A stretch of DNA of 25,117 nt from Flavobacteriales bacterium (GTDB lineage: Bacteria; Bacteroidota; Bacteroidia; Flavobacteriales_D; Sanyastnellaceae), in assembly GCA_040261075.1 (NCBI GenBank), contig JBDQOS010000080.1:1-25117 (forward strand), written 5' to 3'. Each line of letters starts with the position of its first letter. The stretch's first letter is position 1. Below, piece by piece: positions 19,121-25,117 of this stretch. The notes under the pieces are model-generated. The model saw only the letters and a program-made list of their open reading frames with translations, searched no databases and had not been told where the DNA came from. A program made the position numbers and the translations under genes.

Positions 19121-19915
19121 TTAGACGCTGACGGCCGCCTTGATGTGCGGATGCGGATCGTAATCGACCAGCTGGAAATCGTCGTACGTGAAAGCAAACA
19201 GGTCGGTCACTTCTGGGTTGATGATCATCCTAGGGAGTGCGCGCGGTTCGCGCGTGAGCTGCTCGCGCGCCTGGTCCACGTGGTTGAGGTAGAGGTGGAC
19301 GTCGCCAAACGTGTGCACAAACTCTCCGGGCTCCAAGCCCACCACCTGCGCGACCATCATGGTCAGCAAGGCGTACGAAGCGATGTTGAACGGGACGCCG
19401 AGGAACGTGTCGGCGCTGCGCTGGTAGAGCTGGCAGTTCAGTTTGCCTTCCGCCACGTGAAACTGGAACAGGCAGTGGCAGGGAGGCAGCGCCATCTCGT
19501 CGATGAAGCTCGGGTTCCACGCGCTGATGATGTGACGGCGGCTGTACGGGTTGGTCTTGAGCTGCTCTACAAGCTTGGTGATTTGGTCCGTCGCGGTGCC
19601 GTCAGGGTTGGGCCACGAGCGCCACTGGTAGCCGTAAACCGGACCGAGGTCGCCGTTTTCATCCGCCCACTCGTCCCAAATCCGCACGCCGTTTTCCTTC
19701 AAGTACGCGATGTTGGTGTCCCCTTGCAGGAACCACAGCAACTCGTGGATGATGGAACGCAGGTGGAGTTTTTTGGTGGTGAGCACCGGAAAGCCTTCGC
19801 TCAAGTCGAACCGCATCTGGTACCCAAAACACCCCAAAGTGCCTGTGCCCGTGCGATCCTCGCGCTTCACCCCGTTGTCGAGGAGGTGATTCAAGAGATC
19901 CAAATACGCTTGCAT
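19121..19915 (-). CDS. thyA: Thymidylate synthase (264 aa)
   Basis: [32 protein letters not shown], catalytic LPPCH and [21 protein letters not shown] 19915 is preferred over 19975. Confidence 0.98.
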   Translation of the reverse strand: MQAYLDLLNHLLDNGVKREDRTGTGTLGCFGYQMRFDLSEGFPVLTTKKLHLRSIIHELLWFLQGDTNIAYLKENGVRIWDEWADENGDLGPVYGYQWRSWPNPDGTATDQITKLVEQLKTNPYSRRHIISAWNPSFIDEMALPPCHCLFQFHVAEGKLNCQLYQRSADTFLGVPFNIASYALLTMMVAQVVGLEPGEFVHTFGDVHLYLNHVDQAREQLTREPRALPRMIINPEVTDLFAFTYDDFQLVDYDPHPHIKAAVSV

Positions 19916-20022
19916 GATTCGAAAATACGGGCCACACGACGTGGAAAACTCGCTTGGTGAATACGTGGTGAACAACTGACTTCTCCTGACATTGACGCTG
20001 TTTACTAACCAAAAGCCTTCTT

Positions 20023-20304
20023 ATGAAGAAATACCTCTATCTCGCGGCAATCGCGATCGGCCTGTCCTCTTGCTATTCTACGACCTACACCATGGGAAGC
20101 GGAGCACAAACTGGCGTCACTGTCAAGGAAAAGAACATTTTCTTGGTCAGCGGCCTTCTCTCCATCAAAACAGCTGACCCCCAGGACATGGCGGGTGGCG
20201 CAGCCGATTTCACAGTCGAAACCAAGCAGTCGTTCATCGACGGTTTGATTTTGGGCCTCACCGGTGGCTTGGTTGCACCCATGACCGTGACCGTCACCAA
20301 GTAA
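20023..20304 (+). CDS. Bor/Iss-family-like small lipoprotein
   Basis: Lipobox LSS-C; FLVSGL...D...AGG...TVET.QSFIDGLI..LTGGLVAPMTVTV pattern resembling the lambda Bor family. Confidence 0.75.
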   Translation: MKKYLYLAAIAIGLSSCYSTTYTMGSGAQTGVTVKEKNIFLVSGLLSIKTADPQDMAGGAADFTVETKQSFIDGLILGLTGGLVAPMTVTVTK

Positions 20305-20328
20305 GTCTCTTTCCCGAGATTTTCTTTG

Positions 20329-20353
20329 AAAAGGCAGTTCGCTGCCTTTTTTT
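20329..20353 (+). terminator. Rho-independent terminator, potentially bidirectional
   Basis: AAAAGGCAG-TTCG-CTGCCTTTT followed by TTT: perfect stem, UUCG loop and U7 tail, 25 nt after the Bor-like stop. Confidence 0.85.
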
Positions 20354-20359
20354 GTGCCC

Positions 20360-20533
20360 ATGAAAAAGAACCTCTTTCGCTACGGTGGCCTGATTCTGAT
20401 TGGTTACGCTGCGATCCGAACTGGACTCCTCTTGTCTCAAGACACCGGCATGACCGAGGGCGAACTCGGACAAGTCATCGGATTCCTGATTTTGGGGGCT
20501 GTGGGGTTGGGCTTGCTCGCCGCCGGGCGCTGA
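20360..20533 (+). CDS. Small two-TM membrane protein (57 aa), not in the ORF track
   Basis: MKKNLFRYGGLILIGYAAIRTGLLLSQDTGMTEGELGQVIGFLILGAVGLGLLAAGR. MKK start, two hydrophobic segments, and it fills the gap between the terminator and the YwaF stop. Confidence 0.65.
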   Translation: MKKNLFRYGGLILIGYAAIRTGLLLSQDTGMTEGELGQVIGFLILGAVGLGLLAAGR

Positions 20534-20557
20534 TTCCTTTGGGCAATGACCCTGCCC

Positions 20558-21343
20558 TCACTGCAGCAGTGCGATTTTGGGCTCTGAACCCGCCGAAACC
20601 GCCTTGGCATTCACCCCGAATGCGGGAAACCGCCAACGGTAGAGCGCGTTGAGCACAAGCAGGTGAAGCACCAAGGCGGCGTGCAACGGCAGCACGTACC
20701 AAGGCCACGCGAGGTCGTGAAAGACGAACGGGTTGTCGGCTTTGGGCGGTTCGGTCATGTACATGTAATTCGCCAAGACGTCGCTCGGGCACCACGTGTT
20801 CAAGGCGTAGTTCACACCCGCCATCAACGTGCTGGCCCCTGCCGCAATGAAGTAGGCCTTGACCCAACCCCATTGGGGGAACCGCATCCCGTAGACCTGA
20901 GACATCACGATTGGCACAAACACGAGCGCCGCGTGGTTGATGTAGTAGTGAATCAGAATCGGCAAGTCGTCCCCGACCGTCAGCTGCGGCGTCACGATGG
21001 CGTGGAAACCCCCAATCGTTCCCATAAACGCCGTGAACAGGTGCACCGTTTTGTTTCGCCAAAAGCAGTTCAGCGACACCAACCAAATGTTGATTCCACA
21101 GAAATGCAAAGGAAGGCTGCGGTGCACGGTCCACTCGAACTCAGGGTCCAACGCCATGACCAACTGGTAGCCAACTTGCAGGGCGATCAGAACCCATCCC
21201 ATTTGGGTCAAGGCACGGTCCTTGCGATCCTCACCGAGGGATTTGAACCGCCAGTGCAAGGCGAATCCGGCCAACAAGCTTCCCAAAAGCAGCGCCCAAT
21301 AGCGCGGTTCATTCATGTGAATGACGACGTCGTACTGATTCAT
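20558..21343 (-). CDS. YwaF / TIGR02206-like integral membrane protein
   Basis: Multiple TM helices, SLPLHFCGI, YYINHAALV and ANYMYMTEPP. ATG 21343 is preferred because the track start TTG falls inside a promoter-like TACCTTG box. Confidence 0.85.
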   Translation of the reverse strand: MNQYDVVIHMNEPRYWALLLGSLLAGFALHWRFKSLGEDRKDRALTQMGWVLIALQVGYQLVMALDPEFEWTVHRSLPLHFCGINIWLVSLNCFWRNKTVHLFTAFMGTIGGFHAIVTPQLTVGDDLPILIHYYINHAALVFVPIVMSQVYGMRFPQWGWVKAYFIAAGASTLMAGVNYALNTWCPSDVLANYMYMTEPPKADNPFVFHDLAWPWYVLPLHAALVLHLLVLNALYRWRFPAFGVNAKAVSAGSEPKIALLQ

Positions 21344-21422
21344 GTCTCGCAGGTGATGGCGGACAAGGTACAACGTTCAATTGAAGCGCGTTCCGAGATC
21401 TCGCGCACAGACCAACGACGAC

Positions 21423-22487
21423 TCAGGACGACTTGACGCCTTCGACGTGCAGGGTTTGGGTTGGGAACGCAAATTCAAGTCCGGCGGCGTTGAATCGCTT
21501 CAAAATCTCCAAGTTGATGTCGTTGGGAACATGCGCCCAGTGCTCCCCCTTGCGGATGAAGTAGATGGCGCTGACGTTGAGGCTGAAATCCCCAAACCCG
21601 CTGAACCACACCGTGTACTCGTCTTCCGTCCGGCCTGCCTCGGACACGATGTCGGTGAGGATGGACAAGGCCTGTTCGATTTGCTCGGGAGTCGTGTCGT
21701 AGGTGAGGCCGAGCACGACCTTCATTTTGCGCGAGGGCTCGGCCGTCACGTTCTCCACCACCTGATCTGTGAACTGGTGGTTGGGAATGGTGACGAGTCG
21801 GTTTTCCAGGGTTTTGATTCGGGTCGAACGAATGCCGATTTCCTGGACCGTGCCGTCGATGCCGTTGACTTTGATGCGGTCGCCCGCGCCGAAGGGCTTG
21901 TCAATGAACACGGTGATGCCGCCGAAAATGTTGGCAACGAAGTCCTTGGCCGCCATGGCCATGGCCAAACCGCCAATTCCGACCCCGGCGAGGAGTGCAC
22001 CGACGTCGTAGCCTGCGTTGGTCAGGCCCGAGATGATCCCAAGGATCCACACCAACGAACGCAGCGTCTTTTGAAGGATTGGGCCAAATTGCGCCACCGT
22101 GTCCCCGTCCGAGCGCTCGTCAAGGTGAAGGATGACGTTGCTTACGATGGAGTCCAACAGCCTCGCCACCAACCACGTGATGTCGATTGCAATGAGGATT
22201 TGGAACACGTGTTCCATGAATTGGTCCACGTTTTCCCCGAAGTGCAAATGCTCGTACCCCAACCAGAAGCCGAGAATCACAATGCCGAGAGCCACAGGCT
22301 CCTCAATTTGGTCGACAAGGACGTCGTCCCATTTGGTTTGGGTCTTGGCGGCAAGCCGCTTGAACACGCTCTTGAACAGCATGTACACAATGCGCGCCAC
22401 CACTGCGCTTCCCACAAAGTAGCCCAGCGCTTGGGCCCACTCAAGGAGGGGGTTGCCCAAAAACGCCGTGTCGGTCAAGAATTCCAT
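21423..22487 (-). CDS. Small-conductance mechanosensitive channel (MscS family)
   Basis: GYDVGALLAGVGIGGLAMAMAAKDFVANIFGG, DKPFGAGDRI, EIGIRSTRI, VTIPN and LEFAFPTQTLHV. Confidence 0.95.
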   Translation of the reverse strand: MEFLTDTAFLGNPLLEWAQALGYFVGSAVVARIVYMLFKSVFKRLAAKTQTKWDDVLVDQIEEPVALGIVILGFWLGYEHLHFGENVDQFMEHVFQILIAIDITWLVARLLDSIVSNVILHLDERSDGDTVAQFGPILQKTLRSLVWILGIISGLTNAGYDVGALLAGVGIGGLAMAMAAKDFVANIFGGITVFIDKPFGAGDRIKVNGIDGTVQEIGIRSTRIKTLENRLVTIPNHQFTDQVVENVTAEPSRKMKVVLGLTYDTTPEQIEQALSILTDIVSEAGRTEDEYTVWFSGFGDFSLNVSAIYFIRKGEHWAHVPNDINLEILKRFNAAGLEFAFPTQTLHVEGVKSS

Positions 22488-22535
22488 GCGCCAAACTTCG
22501 CACAAAATGCGCTTTTGCTCCCTCCTCAACGCGGG

Positions 22536-22543
22536 TATCTTTG
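22536..22543 (+). promoter_or_regulatory. -7 promoter element (TATCTTTG) with candidate -33 TTTG at 22514-22517
   Basis: Exact consensus 4 nt before the purK ATG at 22548. Confidence 0.7.
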
Positions 22544-22547
22544 CGCC

Positions 22548-23723
22548 ATGAATTCCGCTTCCTCTCCCTCACTCCCCCCCGTCGGTCCATCCCTGCGCCT
22601 TGGCGTGTTGGGAGGCGGGCAGCTGGGCCGCATGATGATTCAGGAAGCGATGAATTGGGACGTCCGAGTCGAAGTGATGGATCCGAGCGAAGAAGCCTCC
22701 TGCCGCCACCTCACGTCGCGCTTCGTCCAAGGGGACCTGCAAGACGCCTCAGCCGTGCGCGCGTTCGGGGACGGGCTGGATGTCCTCACCGTGGAAATCG
22801 AGCACGTCAGCGTCGAGGGCCTGCAAGCGCTCGCAGACGAAGGCGTTGAAGTCGTCCCTCGACCGGCTCACCTCTCCCTCATCCAAGACAAGGGCCTCCA
22901 AAAACAAGCCTACGAGCGTTGGGGCATCCCCAGCGCCCCGTACCAACTCATCGACGGCGTCGCGGACGTCGGCGCCATGGGCTTCCCCGTCGTCCAAAAG
23001 CTCCGCAAAGGCGGCTACGACGGCAAAGGCGTTCTAGTCTTGCAATCCGCAGAAGACGCCGCCGAACGCGGCTTCAACGCCCCGTCCGTGTTGGAACAAG
23101 CCGTCGACATCGACAAAGAACTGAGCGTCATCGTGGCGCGAAACGCCTCCGGAGCCACGGCCGTCTACCCCGTGGTGGAAGCCGTCTTCAACCCCGAAGT
23201 CAACCTGGTCGACCACTTGATGGCTCCTGCGGCGATTTCCGCACAGCTCGAAGCCGAAGCGCGTCACCTCGCCCTTGACGTTGTGACCTCCATGGATTTT
23301 GTGGGGCTGCTTGCGGTCGAAATGTTCTTGGACGGGGACGGCGCGCTTTGGGTCAACGAAGTGGCCCCGCGAACCCACAACAGCGGCCACCACACGATTG
23401 AAGGAAACGTCTGCTCGCAGTTTGAACAACATCTCCGAGCGGTGCTGAACCTGCCCTTGGGCGACACGTCTCCGCTTCACCCTGCAAGCGCGATGCTCAA
23501 CCTCATCGGGGCACCCGATGCCCACGGCACACCTGTGTACACGGGCTTGGAAGAGGTTTTGGCGTGGCCCAACGTGCACGTTCACCTCTACGGCAAGTCG
23601 ACGGTCAAGCCGCACCGGAAGATGGGGCACGTCACCGTCACCGGCCCAGATGTGGCCTCCGTTCAACGTGACGTGTTGAAACTTCGCGAACACCTGCAGG
23701 TCAACGGGACCAAAACCGCCTGA
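22548..23723 (+). CDS. purK: N5-carboxyaminoimidazole ribonucleotide synthase
   Basis: LGVLGGGQLGRMM, TVEIEHV, IQDKGLQK, KLRKGGYDGKG, NEVAPRTHNSGH and LYGK..KPHRKMGHVT. The 780-aa track ORF is an over-extension. Confidence 0.95.
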   Translation: MNSASSPSLPPVGPSLRLGVLGGGQLGRMMIQEAMNWDVRVEVMDPSEEASCRHLTSRFVQGDLQDASAVRAFGDGLDVLTVEIEHVSVEGLQALADEGVEVVPRPAHLSLIQDKGLQKQAYERWGIPSAPYQLIDGVADVGAMGFPVVQKLRKGGYDGKGVLVLQSAEDAAERGFNAPSVLEQAVDIDKELSVIVARNASGATAVYPVVEAVFNPEVNLVDHLMAPAAISAQLEAEARHLALDVVTSMDFVGLLAVEMFLDGDGALWVNEVAPRTHNSGHHTIEGNVCSQFEQHLRAVLNLPLGDTSPLHPASAMLNLIGAPDAHGTPVYTGLEEVLAWPNVHVHLYGKSTVKPHRKMGHVTVTGPDVASVQRDVLKLREHLQVNGTKTA

Positions 23724-23736
23724 CTTTTGAGGAAGC

Positions 23737-24753
23737 ATGGGCGCTTCCTCTCCCCTCCGCATCGCCGTCCTCGCCGGCGGTTTTTCCGGCGAAGCTGACG
23801 TCAGCCGCCGCAGTGCCGCCATGGTCATGGCGCACATGGACCGCGAACGGTTCCTTCCCTACCTCGTGAACATCGACCGCGACGGGTGGTGGACGCAAGA
23901 AGGCGACAACTCAGTGCGCTTGGCCATCGACCGTCAAACCCTCGGGTTTGAAGCGGCCAACGGCGACAAGGTGGTGGCTGACTTGGCGTTTGTCATGGTG
24001 CATGGAACCCCCGGCGAAGACGGCCTGCTCCAAGCCCACCTCGATTTGTGCGGGATTCCCCACACGACAGCGAGCGCCCGCGTCATGGCCACCACCTTTC
24101 ACAAAGGGTGGACCACCGCCTTGCTTCGCGACGCAGGCCTTCCTGTGGCGAGGTCCGTGGAATGCTTCCCGTCGGAGACGTGGGACGAAACGCGTGTGAA
24201 GGAGGTCGTCGCAGAGCTTGGACTTCCCTGCTTTGTGAAACCCAACGAATCGGGGTCAAGCATTGGCATCAGCCGCGTGACCGAAGCAAGCGAATTGTGG
24301 CCTGCGATTGAAGAGGCGCGCACCACCGGCACGAGCACGGTGTTGGTCGAGGCGCTGCTGGCGGGGCGCGAATTCACCTGCGGCGTGATCCCCGACGGTC
24401 ACGGCGGATTGCAGGCCCTGCCCGTGACTGAGATCGTGTCGCACAACGCGTTTTTTGACTTCGCGGCCAAGTACGACGGCCAAAGCCATGAAATCACCCC
24501 CGCCGAACTCGACGAACACGCGACTTCGGCCCTTCAAGAAACCGCGCTGGCGGTGTACCGCACCATGCACCTCCAAGGCATGGCTCGGGTGGACATGATG
24601 ATGGAGAAAGATGCCGCGCCCCACGTCATTGAAGTCAATGCGGTCCCTGGCTTCAGCGCCAAGAGCATCATTCCGCAGCAAGCCGCGGTCGTCGGCATCG
24701 AAAAATCCGCGTTGATTTCGCGGGTCATTGATGCCGCCCTCGACCGGGTCTAA
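23737..24753 (+). CDS. ddl: D-alanine--D-alanine ligase
   Basis: VLAGGFSGEADVS, VHGTPGEDG, FVKPNESGSSIGI, omega loop FFDFAAKY and IEVNAVPG. Confidence 0.95.
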   Translation: MGASSPLRIAVLAGGFSGEADVSRRSAAMVMAHMDRERFLPYLVNIDRDGWWTQEGDNSVRLAIDRQTLGFEAANGDKVVADLAFVMVHGTPGEDGLLQAHLDLCGIPHTTASARVMATTFHKGWTTALLRDAGLPVARSVECFPSETWDETRVKEVVAELGLPCFVKPNESGSSIGISRVTEASELWPAIEEARTTGTSTVLVEALLAGREFTCGVIPDGHGGLQALPVTEIVSHNAFFDFAAKYDGQSHEITPAELDEHATSALQETALAVYRTMHLQGMARVDMMMEKDAAPHVIEVNAVPGFSAKSIIPQQAAVVGIEKSALISRVIDAALDRV

Positions 24754-24760
24754 GGGTGGG

Positions 24761-24827
24761 CACAAAAAAAGAGGGCCACTCCGTCGAGCGACCCTCCCAC
24801 TGTTGAATGAAAACAAGTAAACTGTTA
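24761..24827. repeat. Direct repeat copy 1 (67 nt)
   Basis: Identical base for base to 25051-25117. Confidence 0.97.
24764..24796 (-). terminator. Rho-independent terminator, minus strand (copy 1)
   Basis: GAGGGTCGCT-CGACGG-AGTGGCCCTC followed by T7. The 10-bp stem needs two G-U pairs that form only on the minus strand. Confidence 0.85.
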
Positions 24828-24849
24828 ACGAAGCTTGCGCTTCAGGGTT
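24764..24849 (-). ncRNA. Candidate small regulatory RNA (~85 nt; 5' end approximate)
   Basis: Upstream TGTAACC-N16-CGTTAA, 5' hairpin UGAAGC-GCAA-GCUUCG, single-stranded U-rich core and intrinsic terminator. Confidence 0.6.
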
Positions 24850-24851
24850 CT

Positions 24852-24880
24852 TTAACGGGACCGCATCCTGAGAGGTTACA
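24852..24880 (-). promoter_or_regulatory. ECF-sigma-like promoter (-35 TGTAACC, -10 CGTTAA)
   Basis: -35 box at 24880-24874, 16-nt spacer, -10 box at 24857-24852, with A/T tracts immediately upstream. Confidence 0.5.
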
Positions 24881-25008
24881 GTTCGCTTAAAAAAATTCGA
24901 GCTTTTTTCCGGAAACGCCCATTTGACGGGAGTTTCAAGAGGTAAAAAATTCTATCTCCCGGCAAACGGGAACCAAATTTGGCCTCCGGCAGGTCCTTCA
25001 AAGGATCC

Positions 25009-25034
25009 CCATCCCGACCGACCATCCCGACCGA
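25009..25034. repeat. 13-nt tandem duplication (CCATCCCGACCGA x2)
   Basis: Exact copies at 25009-25021 and 25022-25034. Confidence 0.9.
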
Positions 25035-25050
25035 CTGGCTAGAAAACGTC

Positions 25051-25117
25051 CACAAAAAAAGAGGGCCACTCCGTCGAGCGACCCTCCCACTGTTGAATGA
25101 AAACAAGTAAACTGTTA
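25051..25117. repeat. Direct repeat copy 2 (at least 67 nt, cut by the window end); 3' part of a second candidate sRNA
   Basis: Identical to 24761-24827; period 290 nt. Confidence 0.97.
25054..25086 (-). terminator. Rho-independent terminator, minus strand (copy 2)
   Basis: Same stem-loop and T7 as 24764-24796. Confidence 0.85.

Noticed and set aside
1-19915. glyA, folA and thyA (the whole thymidylate cycle) in one window
   Set aside because: glyA is about 17.5 kb from folA-thyA with unrelated operons in between, and thyA-folA adjacency is ordinary.
20023-20533. Prophage remnant suggested by the Bor-like gene
   Set aside because: No integrase, att-like repeats, phage genes or obvious compositional break are visible, and the flanks are housekeeping genes.
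21381-22547. N-terminal 389 aa of the 780-aa ORF, which looks like a purK fusion
   Set aside because: It is the antisense of the mscS gene. A consensus promoter box sits directly before ATG 22548, where PurK homology begins.
24451-24474. Possible D-Ala-D-Lac (vancomycin-resistance type) ligase
   Set aside because: The omega loop FFDFAAKY keeps the terminal Tyr characteristic of D-Ala-D-Ala ligases, and no van genes are present.
24256-25106. Two minus-strand ORFs sharing the start MFSFNSGRVARRSGPLF
   Set aside because: The shared N-terminus comes only from the nucleotide repeat. Both start at TTG and read through a terminator, and one is antisense to ddl.
24761-25117. CRISPR array or IS terminal repeats
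   Set aside because: There are only two direct 67-nt copies with a 223-nt interval, far outside CRISPR repeat and spacer sizes. No cas or transposase gene is present and the repeats are not inverted.

Overview
High-GC Bacteroidota chromosomal segment, probably Flavobacteriales-like. The phylum call is inferred from the gene families and TAnnTTTG promoter boxes. Most of the window is housekeeping or envelope genes: partial glyA, a DUF6089-type barrel, YyaL/DUF255, greA-HIT, a 7-gene minus-strand operon thyA-folA-hupE/ureJ-yidD-His-rich lipoprotein-hemB-Asp-box propeller, a Bor-like lipoprotein, YwaF, MscS, purK and ddl. Two regions stand out. (1) 5109-14033 is a tightly coupled three-gene outer-membrane module: a 1243-aa TonB-dependent-receptor-like barrel, a 1379-aa secreted protein with a non-canonical T9SS-like C-terminal domain, and its own PorV/FadL-like barrel, with no SusD. 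(2) 24761-25117 holds a candidate ~85-nt minus-strand sRNA (ECF-type promoter, GNRA hairpin, U-rich anti-start-codon seed, terminator) whose 3' 67 nt are repeated exactly 290 nt further along the window, suggesting tandem sibling sRNAs. Other observations are an unannotated 57-aa membrane ORF, a hairpin-containing greA leader, and several apparently leaderless promoters. All family assignments come from motif recognition by eye; no database searches were run.
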